DNA from: a virus
Length of the DNA: 64,000 bases
Direction: 5' to 3' (one strand)
IMG/VR virus record: IMGVR_UViG_3300025875_000001
Span: 32,001-96,000 of that record
This document shows positions 37,577-46,094 of this stretch, piece by piece. The notes beneath the pieces are model-generated. The model had not been told where the DNA came from. It saw nothing but the letters and a program-made list of their open reading frames with translations, and did no database searches. A program made the position numbers and the translations under genes. Each line of letters opens with the position of its first letter. Position 1 is the stretch's first letter.

Positions 37577-37623
37577 AGTCTCCTATCTGTGCCCGGCGAT
37601 TGTCAAGAGGTTGGATCAAGATT
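37577..37623 (-). promoter_or_regulatory. Promoter with upstream AATCTTG box
   Basis: AATCTTG-10-TTGACA-18-GAGACT-6-ATG. Confidence 0.65.
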
Positions 37624-37825
37624 GTTTAGGCCACCTAGAGCACTCACTTTCCCTTGCGGGCGCGCATCCAACCAGCCCAATGCGTTGCTCTAGGTTGTTA
37701 CGTGGCTGTCCACGCCGCTTAGATGCGTTCTAAGCGCCTATCAGGTCTCCGGCGGTGTCCAGGCTAGCCACATGACGTTTGCGCCCATCCAGGCGGGATC
37801 AAATTGAAAAAGCCACATACAAAAC

Positions 37826-38083
37826 TCACTCAGCATCGTAAACCTCCACGTTAGCCTCAATCCAATCAGCAATTTCAGTAAATGTCTTACCCTCACGATC
37901 GTTCATGGAAATGCACCTATAAACTAGATCAGCAACATCATCCTCATTATAAGAAGGAATATCGCGGTAAACACCAAACCATTCCCACACCTTTGTTGAC
38001 GGAGAAGTCATTTCGCCATCATATTCATAGTCATAGTAACCATATTTAGTTCGCTTGATCGAAATATCCAAACCATTTTGCAT
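37826..38083 (-). CDS. Hypothetical protein
   Basis: MNDREGKTFTEIADWIE motif; GAGG SD. Confidence 0.7.
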   Translation of the reverse strand: MQNGLDISIKRTKYGYYDYEYDGEMTSPSTKVWEWFGVYRDIPSYNEDDVADLVYRCISMNDREGKTFTEIADWIEANVEVYDAE

Positions 38084-38215
38084 TGCTACCTCACAGCCAA
38101 CTCCGAGGCAGCAAAATGTATCATTACCGTTAAGGTGTTCAATTCTCAGCGCCCCCGACCTTGCTCAAAATTGCCGGATCTAAGGGCATTTAGCCAAAGA
38201 TTTAGCCTATCTCGC

Positions 38216-38467
38216 CTAAGACGTAGTGCCATTGATTTGCTCCAATGCTTTTTGGATTAATGGTAGTGGATTGTTACTGATATAGGGGTGAGTGATCAAC
38301 CCCTCAAAAACTAAAGGAGTCATATCATCTACGGTTTTACCAAAATATTTTAGTTTGTAAGTACACATCTCATTTTCTGCGGGCTTATGATTGACTGGGT
38401 CTACTCTAACTAATTCAATTTCGCCAATCTTAAATGCATTGACCATAATTGGAAACCATAGAGCCAT
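38216..38467 (-). CDS. Hypothetical protein
   Basis: Packed ORF. Confidence 0.55.
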   Translation of the reverse strand: MALWFPIMVNAFKIGEIELVRVDPVNHKPAENEMCTYKLKYFGKTVDDMTPLVFEGLITHPYISNNPLPLIQKALEQINGTTS

Positions 38468-38652
38468 TAAATACTCCCATCTTCCTTACAGTTAATAGCA
38501 ATGTACTTACGGATAATACTATCGTCCAAATCTTCGCGGGTATATGCATTAATGATCGCATCCGCCCGAATCGCCGGGTAAACACCGGTTAATACCGTAA
38601 ACCTGCCGGTTGACTCCATAAAGCCAATTCGACAATACACACCAGCAGCCAT
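38467..38652 (-). CDS. Hypothetical protein
   Basis: GGAGG SD. Confidence 0.6.
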   Translation of the reverse strand: MAAGVYCRIGFMESTGRFTVLTGVYPAIRADAIINAYTREDLDDSIIRKYIAINCKEDGSI

Positions 38653-38655
38653 TAT

Positions 38656-38811
38656 TTAATCCTCCTGCGTAGGGAATGCGGCAGACCAAATAACCTCATA
38701 CTGCTCATTAAATGCACCGTCAAACACATCGTGTCCAAGGGCACCGGTAACGTCAAGCCAATCCCAGCGGGGGAGGGTAATAGTCACAAGCTCATCCATA
38801 TCACGCATCGT
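38656..38811 (-). CDS. Small acidic protein
   Basis: GGGAGGG SD before ATG in ORF 38656-38850; exact start uncertain. Confidence 0.5.
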   Translation of the reverse strand, partial: TMRDMDELVTITLPRWDWLDVTGALGHDVFDGAFNEQYEVIWSAAFPTQED

Positions 38812-38962
38812 CGCCCTCCCGGCGGATCTCAAAGCTGGTAACGGTACCATTCTTCATGTAGTAGTCCATACTGTCAATTGCATCAAGCACGTCACCCCAA
38901 CTTTCATGGGTGGTAAGCTCGATGGCCTGATTGGGACGCTCAACAGAGAGCACGTAATACAT
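38801..38962 (-). CDS. Small protein
   Basis: GGAGG SD before ATG 38962. Confidence 0.6.
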   Translation of the reverse strand: MYYVLSVERPNQAIELTTHESWGDVLDAIDSMDYYMKNGTVTSFEIRREGDDA

Positions 38963-38963
38963 T

Positions 38964-39119
38964 TCAGTCCTCCCACTGTCCACGCTGAGCCATGCTACGG
39001 TAGCTAGCTCGGCTATATGCCTCATTGCGCGGGCGCCGGGGACCGTCATAAGCCTCACCCTTGATGACCTTAGGCTTGCGAGTCTTAACAGACTGCGGAC
39101 GGGCTGCGATCTTAGCCAT
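38964..39119 (-). CDS. Small basic protein (51 aa)
   Basis: Read manually: MAKIAARPQSVKTRKPK...; AGGA SD. Confidence 0.6.
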   Translation of the reverse strand: MAKIAARPQSVKTRKPKVIKGEAYDGPRRPRNEAYSRASYRSMAQRGQWED

Positions 39120-39136
39120 TGTGATTTGATTTCCTA

Positions 39137-39301
39137 TCAGGAGTTGGGACGGTAGTTGATGGGCATAATGTGAACGATATAGCGAGCCTCATCAATGGCC
39201 CACTTATATGCGTCAAGCTCAGTGTCGAAAGGGCCAACCAATTCCGGTTCACCACTTCCCATAGGGTCGATGTCGGTATCGGCCACCAGTACTGCGAACA
39301 T
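39137..39301 (-). CDS. Small protein (54 aa)
   Basis: Read manually: MFAVLVAD...VGPFDTELDAYKWA; AAGGA SD. Confidence 0.6.
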   Translation of the reverse strand: MFAVLVADTDIDPMGSGEPELVGPFDTELDAYKWAIDEARYIVHIMPINYRPNS

Positions 39302-39403
39302 TTTAATTCCTTTGTTTTGGAGAGACTGTCTGTCCCTCTCAGCTCTAGGGTAGTCTATGACGACCTACCAGCGCAATAGCCTGGCCCTAGATTTTCAAGA
39401 TTT

Positions 39404-40123
39404 TTAACCGATTGCCTTGCGACCACCGGTGATCTTGGTGCTACCGATGTCTGCCCGCTCACCAGCACTGACACCCGAGTGGTATCCGATGCCATCAGAC
39501 AGACGCGCACCAGCGGCCTTGTGAGTCTTGGGGTAGAGACCCCTAAAGTGCCGCTCAACCGCCTCAGATCGCTCCACAACGGCCAGGCCGGTACCGGGAG
39601 TGCTAACCTCTGCCTCTGCGACCTTAGAGCGCCGCTGAGCACGTAGACGACTGCCAACCTCATTGGCAAAGCCAAGGATGAAAGCCTGCTTAAACGCCCG
39701 ACCGTGAATCTCCTTATTGCGCTTAGCCTCTCGGTCCATATCGGTAGCAACCTGCATTTGCAGAGAGGCATAGAGAACTTCGATGGAATCCAAATCAGAC
39801 TCCCAACCAATGAAGGTACCGGAAATGGTAGACCATCCACCACGATCGTTACGGTTGATAATCATGTCGGCACCGAAAGCCTTGACGATGTTATACATAA
39901 GCTGAGCCTTAGCCTTTGCGTAACCCTCAACCTTAAACTGCCGGGCAATGACCTTATCCGTGCTGGCCTTGCCATCGTGCTGCAACATCGCCTCATCAAT
40001 GGCGTACTGCATCATAAGGTCGGTGGCCTTAGCAGTGAAGGCATCTGCCTCTGCCTGAAACTCACTGCTCTCAGCCTTTGCAAGCAGCGCGCGGACCCTG
40101 GCAAGCATCTTTTCGTCTGTCAC
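39404..40123 (-). CDS. DUF2786 domain protein
   Basis: RVRALLAKAES..FQAEADAFTAKATDLMMQYAID; GYHSG..AGERAD end. Confidence 0.85.
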   Translation of the reverse strand: MTDEKMLARVRALLAKAESSEFQAEADAFTAKATDLMMQYAIDEAMLQHDGKASTDKVIARQFKVEGYAKAKAQLMYNIVKAFGADMIINRNDRGGWSTISGTFIGWESDLDSIEVLYASLQMQVATDMDREAKRNKEIHGRAFKQAFILGFANEVGSRLRAQRRSKVAEAEVSTPGTGLAVVERSEAVERHFRGLYPKTHKAAGARLSDGIGYHSGVSAGERADIGSTKITGGRKAIG

Positions 40124-40170
40124 GGTAGACCTTTCGGTTTGGGCGGGTTTTCGTTTCCCGCTCTGGAATT

Positions 40171-40216
40171 AAGGTATCAGGTGGTCAAGGGCCGGTCAAT
40201 AGGTTAGACCAAGATT
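40171..40216 (-). promoter_or_regulatory. Promoter with upstream AATCTTG box
   Basis: AATCTTG-10-TTGACC-17-TACCTT. Confidence 0.7.
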
Positions 40217-40347
40217 TTTAGAGCTTATCTGCTAGCTCTCGCAAGCGATCGGCTAGCTCCCCATCCTTTGTGTTAGTGCCGTTGTCAAGGCTGGAAGCAC
40301 CACAAAACAGTGCCCAACGCAGACCTTCGATTTCGTTATCGTCAATT

Positions 40348-40515
40348 TCAATTGTTGCCATTACGCTTGCTCCAATCCCTAGCAGTCTGAGAGATGCCCC
40401 ATGAGATTTCGTGATAGCGGGCAGTCCTAGTCTTACTGGTAACCACCTTGCCCCCGCGCCGGGTGATAGTGCCTGCCACAGCGACTCGCTTTGTCTCTGT
40501 CTCTGTCATGCCCAT
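40348..40515 (-). CDS. Small basic protein
   Basis: 3' part of ORF 40348-40599; start uncertain. Confidence 0.45.
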   Translation of the reverse strand: MGMTETETKRVAVAGTITRRGGKVVTSKTRTARYHEISWGISQTARDWSKRNGNN

Positions 40516-41320
40516 AACGATACTCAGCAATTGGGGGCTGTCAATAGGTCTAGCAAAGGTTTGTGAGCCTGTCTGCCGACCTATCGGCCACCCGGCCATA
40601 CCGGCATACGTCAGGGGTTACGTCACACCATCAATTGTCATGTGGTTGCTACATACAACTACTCTGAGTAATTGCCGGGTTGTCAATAAATGCCAAAAGC
40701 CCGACCACCTTATGCAGCCGGAGGGGGCGGGCTAAATGGTACTGCAATGAAATGGCCTTGCCTTTGGTAATGCAATGTAAATGCCTTGCAATAGACCTGC
40801 AATAATAATGCAAAATTAAGGGCGCGTTTGTCTTTTATACACAGGCAAGAGGGCTTTAGGGACAAATCCCTTTCACCATTGCTCGCGGCCCAATAGGGAA
40901 GCTAGTCGCGCCTCTTATAGCATAGGCTAAACCTATAGCATATCCCTAAGTATTTAGTTAGTGATAATGGTCTTGTATAATCCATGCCTTCCCCATTATC
41001 TGTGTCGGGGTAATACGTGGCAAGCCCCGACATTTGTTTATGCCCGCCCGGTTAATTCCGGTCCGCAAAGCTTATCGGCTTTGTATGCTTTATCCTCATC
41101 GGATACTTACATCAGCGGGAAGTTTATAGCAGATTTCCCTTTGCGTGCACACTCCGGGCATTAACACTAATGCGCCTGCTAGACATTAGCGGTGGGGTTT
41201 TGTGAGAAAATTGACCGGCGCTCTCAGTCGACGTATCACTATCTCTTTTGTTGCCCACATTGACCGATAGTTACGGATAACACCGGCCAGTTTTGTTGCA
41301 ACAGACATTTCTGTCAGTGC

Positions 41321-41392
41321 GCGACGCAGTGGGATTCGAACCCACATTCCGATCCATAAGCGGTCGGTCTTACCTATTAGATGATTGCGCCG
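41321..41392 (-). tRNA. Atypical tRNA; anticodon ambiguous (TTA by stem geometry, TAT by U33/R37 rule)
   Basis: CGGCGCA/TGCGTCG acceptor, D-loop TAATAGGTAA, GTGGG-TTCGAAT-CCCAC T-arm, imperfect anticodon stem CCGACC/GATCGG. Confidence 0.55.
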
Positions 41393-41432
41393 ACCAGCAC
41401 CCGACTAATGGCCTATCAGTCGTCACTGGCCC

Positions 41433-41471
41433 GGTGCCCCCGACAGGAGTCGAACCTGTCCGCTCAGGGGC
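41433..41471 (-). ncRNA. tRNA minihelix (acceptor stem plus T-arm only)
   Basis: GCCCCTG-AGCGG-ACAGG-TTCGACT-CCTGT-CGGGGGC-A-CC. Confidence 0.6.
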
Positions 41472-41588
41472 AATAGGCGTTAACCGGTATACCTATTGTC
41501 ACCCTTTGCGTTCCCAATAAATCCATCAGCAGCAGTTGTGATCATCAACTACCTAGGATCATCAGAGGCTTGGATCATTTAGTTATGC

Positions 41589-41657
41589 GCGGGTCGCTAG
41601 GAATCGAACCTAGATACATCGTGGCTTGATTAAGCTTTACCATTAAGCTACGACCCT
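41589..41657 (-). tRNA. Degenerate tRNA (possible Gly-GCC-like pseudo-tRNA)
   Basis: Good D-arm GCTT-AATGGTA-AAGC and T-arm CTAGG-TTCGATT-CCTAG; anticodon stem only 3 bp around AAGCCAC. Confidence 0.45.
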
Positions 41658-41960
41658 GATTGCTTTAGATTAGAGCATTACTAACCACCCCATTAGTAGT
41701 AGTTAACTCTAGGGTCAGTACATGTATTCTCGACAATGATATGGTCAACCTACCATTGCCGCCGGGATTTTCTGGGAGGCGCGCCCGGTTGCCTAGCATA
41801 GACCGTACCGCTATGCCTTAGTTTGTTGCTGTGATAATGGCTATCCGTGACGATCTTCACCATTATCAATGGGCGTCCGACTATGCTCCGGGGTATCAAC
41901 CATTGCGCAATTATTGCGGTAGTCGAAATTGCCAGGAGATTCAGGACCCATTTGGAGCTA

Positions 41961-42362
41961 TCAGGCAGAGACGGTCTCGCTAGCACCCGCCGCGCTAGCC
42001 TGCTGAGCAGCCGCCAGAGCGGGCAGGGTGTCCAGCACGTAAGCCTCCAGCACCGGAGCGGTCAGGCGGCCCTTGGTGGGCACAGAGACACCAGCAGCGC
42101 GAGCAGCCTGCCGAACCTCACTCACGATGACCTTGCGGGTGATCGGAGTCTTTCGACCGGAAGCGTTGGTACGCATAGCCTTGACCTCAACTCGCTTAGC
42201 GAGGACGGCAGCCTCCTTGTCGTACTTCTGACCCGGGTTGGCCTTCTCAAAAGCCTCGATGACGTCCGCGCTAAGCTTACCGCGCTGACCGGACTTGACG
42301 AGACCCTGCTCAACAGCCCACTCGCGGACGGTGGCCAGGGAAACCTTCGTGTTCTTTGCCAT
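41961..42362 (-). CDS. Lsr2-like protein with two tandem DNA-binding domains
   Basis: TVREWA...QRGKLSADVIEAF and EVRQAAR.AGVSVPTKGRL...VLEAY; likely start ATG 42362. Confidence 0.8.
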   Translation of the reverse strand: MAKNTKVSLATVREWAVEQGLVKSGQRGKLSADVIEAFEKANPGQKYDKEAAVLAKRVEVKAMRTNASGRKTPITRKVIVSEVRQAARAAGVSVPTKGRLTAPVLEAYVLDTLPALAAAQQASAAGASETVSA

Positions 42363-42423
42363 GTTGATCACTCTCTTTCGGGTTGTGCGGAGAAACATTG
42401 TTGTCTCTCTCGCTCTGGTAACT

Positions 42424-42469
42424 ACATTACATGCCTTGGTACTGCTTGGCAATACCCGGTATCAAGATT
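42424..42469 (-). promoter_or_regulatory. Promoter of Lsr2-like gene with upstream AATCTTG box
   Basis: AATCTTG-10-TTGCCA-17-TAATGT. Confidence 0.7.
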
Positions 42470-42765
42470 TTTTAGAACAGTTTTCGTTGTGCTGTGCAAC
42501 CATACAGTCATTACGCCGCTAGGATGACTCGACCTGTGCACCGGTTTCCGCCGGGAGGGAGATCCCATAAGTCAGTCTAACCTAATTCATTGCGTGACTA
42601 AGGCAATTAAGCCCGCCTAGCGACTGAATGACTGTACGGTTACGCTGTGTAGTTATGGCGGCAGACTATTTGTATCACGGTCTGCCAGCGCGCCTAGGTG
42701 ATTATCCCCACGCCTAGGATGAGGTATTGCTTAGTTGACGAACGAAACTTCCGCGTCAGTTGCCC

Positions 42766-42888
42766 TTAACCCTCTAGCTCAGTAAGAAACTCATCCAGGC
42801 TACTGAACAATTCTTCTCGACCTTCTATGTCACCTTCGTCAACGTAAGGCGAAACGATATCCCAAAGCGCCAGCAGGTTCTTGTTCAT
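42766..42888 (-). CDS. Small acidic protein (40 aa)
   Basis: Read manually; AAGGTGG SD. Confidence 0.55.
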   Translation of the reverse strand: MNKNLLALWDIVSPYVDEGDIEGREELFSSLDEFLTELEG

Positions 42889-43006
42889 GTGTCCACCTTA
42901 GCAGTTGTGTGTGAGTCTGTCTAGCTAAACACCGGGCCCTTTTCCTATGCCGTGGTCGCTAGCGCCTTGGGGCTTTATGCGCTACCCGGTGTCTTTGCTG
43001 AGAACT

Positions 43007-43052
43007 ACTTAACCATAAGTTTGCAGTGAGCACAACCCCTACAATCAAGATC
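43007..43052 (-). promoter_or_regulatory. Promoter with upstream GATCTTG box
   Basis: GATCTTG-10-TTGTGC-17-TTAAGT. Confidence 0.5.
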
Positions 43053-43057
43053 TTTTG

Positions 43058-43357
43058 TCACCAGTAATGTAGGGTACCGGGCGGGGCATAGCGCTTAACC
43101 ATACCCTCTAGCCATTCGCGTCCCACATTATTCATGCTATGAACACGCACCACAGGAGGCCAAGGAATGTCATTCTCGCAAATCCACAGAATCACCCGGC
43201 GGCTAGTGTCATCTCCACCAAGATCGTGGTCGAAAGACACCTCATCAAAAGTATTCTCAGCCAGCATCGAAATAGCCTGGTCGCTGGTGTAAGCCTGCAC
43301 CCAACCCTCAGGAGCCGGGCGGATGTCATCAATCCAAAGCTTCATGGTGCTATCCAA
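43058..43357 (-). CDS. Cyclic-phosphate-processing receiver-like domain protein
   Basis: LWIDDIRPAP, SFDHDLG, VHSMN.VG motifs. Confidence 0.75.
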   Translation of the reverse strand: MDSTMKLWIDDIRPAPEGWVQAYTSDQAISMLAENTFDEVSFDHDLGGDDTSRRVILWICENDIPWPPVVRVHSMNNVGREWLEGMVKRYAPPGTLHYW

Positions 43358-43550
43358 TCATGGATTTTCGATGGTGTCAATAGCTAGCCGATGCTATATC
43401 CTTCTGGATCAACCTCAAACCCATACACGAATCCAAGCCATGATGCAAGATCAAGTGCAAGTTCGGCCGGAGTAATTTGAGGTCTGTAAAGCATACCAAC
43501 TCGCTCAGCAATTAGTGTATTGATTGTCTCTAGTGCTTCAAAATTAACCA

Positions 43551-43751
43551 TTAAACTGCCCCCAAAATCTCAATAGGTCCGGCCATAAGGCGTCGAATAA
43601 TCCGATAATCAGTATGGGGAGGGTGATTGTCCTTCCAATATGCTACAGTTGCATTAGCATTATCTAGGCTCCCCCAGTCATCACCTTGCCAACCAAAAGG
43701 AATCCAACTGTCAGAGCCGTCGCTATACCACTGTGCGGCATACTCATACAT
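43551..43751 (-). CDS. Hypothetical protein
   Basis: AGGAG SD. Confidence 0.6.
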   Translation of the reverse strand: MYEYAAQWYSDGSDSWIPFGWQGDDWGSLDNANATVAYWKDNHPPHTDYRIIRRLMAGPIEILGAV

Positions 43752-43847
43752 TAAATCTCAACTCCTATTATCGAAATAGATTTGACTCAGTCCGCATGAG
43801 GCGATAGAGCCTTCGGAATCGAATACGATGCAGCAGATTCTTAATCA

Positions 43848-44117
43848 TTAAATCTCAACTCCCGCGTTGGTAAGGGTGACATAAGCCATTTCACAAACAC
43901 CTGCCAGATTAGAATTCTTCGCATAACCGCTCGCATGCCACCCGGCCCAAGTGCGACCAAGTGCCAGCATAACATCTGCCATTCGCAACTGAATACCGCT
44001 GTCAACACCAAAGGTACCCTGACTGAATGCATAAGCAAAAGCATCCGGGTCAAAATCCATAGTGTTGAGTGCCTTTCCAATTGCCCGCGCCGCCTGTGCC
44101 TCAGTAGTCAGTGCCAT
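43848..44117 (-). CDS. Hypothetical protein
   Basis: AGGAGG SD. Confidence 0.7.
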   Translation of the reverse strand: MALTTEAQAARAIGKALNTMDFDPDAFAYAFSQGTFGVDSGIQLRMADVMLALGRTWAGWHASGYAKNSNLAGVCEMAYVTLTNAGVEI

Positions 44118-44177
44118 AGATAACGCCTCCTAGATCGGTTGGTAATCCTGCTGTACCCGCCCCCTTAGAAGCTAAAC

Positions 44178-44636
44178 CTAGTCAACACGCTTGCACTTTA
44201 CAGAGCCCGACAGATCGAACACGGCAGGCTCAGAGCAGCGGCAGTTATTCACGCTGTAGCCACAGTTGGCACACGGTGTCTTGCAGTAGACCATTCCGGC
44301 AGGCTCATCAAAGAGAATGTACTGCTGGTCAGTCCAATTGCGCCGGTGCGGGGCATGCTCGTTGGCCTTAGTCGTCTTAGGCTCCTTAGCAGTGTAAGCA
44401 CCACCACTATCAGGATTGTCAAGATCACTAGAAGCCTCGGCCTCTGCCGCCATAGCCGTATTAATGCGCTTAGGCTTAGGGTCCGGCTTATTGTCGTCAT
44501 CAAAAGTCATGCCAGTAGCCCTAGCAGCAGCCAAAGCATCCTTAGCAGCCTGACTAAACCTGCCTCGACTCGGCTTAGCAAGCGGCGGGTTGAGAGAACA
44601 AAGATACTCGCGCTGAGTAGTCATTAAATCATCCAA
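44178..44636 (-). CDS. Protein with Lsr2-like RGR AT-hook N-terminus and C-terminal Cys cluster
   Basis: REYL...LAKPSRGRFS..AK; CKTPCANCGYSVNNCRC. Confidence 0.55.
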   Translation of the reverse strand: MDDLMTTQREYLCSLNPPLAKPSRGRFSQAAKDALAAARATGMTFDDDNKPDPKPKRINTAMAAEAEASSDLDNPDSGGAYTAKEPKTTKANEHAPHRRNWTDQQYILFDEPAGMVYCKTPCANCGYSVNNCRCSEPAVFDLSGSVKCKRVD

Positions 44637-44912
44637 TCTATTACGCTATTGATACCGTTATCGAAATTATTGCGATCATCCATATGCCCAGCACTAGAGC
44701 TGGAACCAAATGATCCTATGATAATCAGTAAGAGTATTGCACCTCCCCAAATTAGGAATACTACCATGTACCAAGGCATTACTTAACCTTTGATACCTTA
44801 ATAGTATATCCGTGAGGTAAAGTACCAATCTCATCAGTTAACTGCAACAGGCTAAGCTCCGCATCACTAATGAAATCTCCATCTTCATTGTAAATCTGAA
44901 TGTAATACCACA

Positions 44913-45287
44913 TTAGTTCCCCCTATATGCATCAGCAGCCATTTCAAGCTGGGTGATCCACTCATCTTCCCGGTCAAGCTGGGCACGCATAGCAAGCTCA
45001 GCCTCATAGACAGGCATTTCAGCAGCCATGCTCACCCACTCATCCTGCACACAAGCCGCGCACGTCCAGACACCAGCCTCCGAGTGATAGTTGTGCCCAT
45101 TGTCATACAGGGCAATCTCAGCGGCCTCATCATAGTCCGGCGCGGTGGCAAGCTCTCGCCCACAGTCTACAGACTCGCAAGTGATCGTGACCATATTCAT
45201 ACCCCTAAGATTAGGGAACCGGCCACATGAACCACACATGCCATATGGATTGTCTTTGTGCGCGTTGCACCATTGGCAGGTCATCAT
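44913..45287 (-). CDS. Zn-finger hypothetical protein (possibly two small genes)
   Basis: Several CxxC pairs. Confidence 0.55.
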   Translation of the reverse strand: MMTCQWCNAHKDNPYGMCGSCGRFPNLRGMNMVTITCESVDCGRELATAPDYDEAAEIALYDNGHNYHSEAGVWTCAACVQDEWVSMAAEMPVYEAELAMRAQLDREDEWITQLEMAADAYRGN

Positions 45288-45390
45288 GTGCTCCCTTCGT
45301 CGTTGTGTGTCTCCAAGTTAAGGCATAGCGCCGGTGCTGTCAAGCGGAAAGTTTCTGGGATCTACGCCTTGACTCCCGGCGCGCACTATG

Positions 45391-45891
45391 CTATCTATGT
45401 AAACCAAGAGCGAAATCGTTAGTTACGTGGCAGCTCCTACACATGGGAGCGTAGTCCATAACGTCACGGCTAAAAAGCCTTCCTGCATGTGGTCCGGTCT
45501 CTTGAACTATGATCCTGCCGGTAGATAATAAACACCAGTCATGGCCTTGACTACTACAATTAATGCATGTATGATCCCTAGCGTTGCCTCGAAGCTTTTT
45601 GATCTTATCATGCATGACGGAATAACCAGGATTACCGACGTTATTAATTTTGCGCGGCATGGTCATATTTCTGCCCATGTTTCTACGTTTTAGATGTAGT
45701 CTACATAGACCGGAGGCTCCCCCAAGATCATCACAGTATTCACATTTTTTCTTGTGGGAGCGTCGAATCTCTTGCTTTTCAGCTTTGGTTGGGTTAGGCT
45801 TGCCCCAGAGCCTAAAGAGCTGGTAATGTCTATTGCAAAATCCTCGGCCAAAATGTTGGTTGGTGCAACCATCTATCTCACATAGTTTCAT
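45391..45891 (-). CDS. HNH-like endonuclease with N-terminal Zn motifs
   Basis: CEIDGC..C.RH twice; Y...H..I...RG.A...C..C...W...D...Y.PMCRSCH; TATAGT 6 nt before ATG. Confidence 0.65.
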   Translation of the reverse strand: MKLCEIDGCTNQHFGRGFCNRHYQLFRLWGKPNPTKAEKQEIRRSHKKKCEYCDDLGGASGLCRLHLKRRNMGRNMTMPRKINNVGNPGYSVMHDKIKKLRGNARDHTCINCSSQGHDWCLLSTGRIIVQETGPHAGRLFSRDVMDYAPMCRSCHVTNDFALGLHR

Positions 45892-46094
45892 AGCACAACT
45901 ATATCATTTTTATTTGATCTTGAACCCTGAAATTTTATAATATATTACGATCCGCCCCAAAAATCTACATGGCCTTTTTAAAAAGATTACGATGGAGTCT
46001 TATATTCACCACAACTATTTTACGATCTGGCCCTGCATTTCGCATAGACTTTGATTACTCAGAGTAACTATATGGGGTGCAGGGCTATTTTTAT

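Noticed and set aside
39396-39402. CAAGATT as a sixth promoter-upstream box
   Set aside because: No -35 hexamer at the 10-nt spacing; it overlaps the end of the DUF2786 gene region
42500-42700. Hammerhead or twister ribozyme (CTGAATGA, GAGGG, TAAGCCC fragments)
   Set aside because: Required GAAA core and P2/pseudoknot pairings could not be assembled; kept only as an unassigned structured RNA
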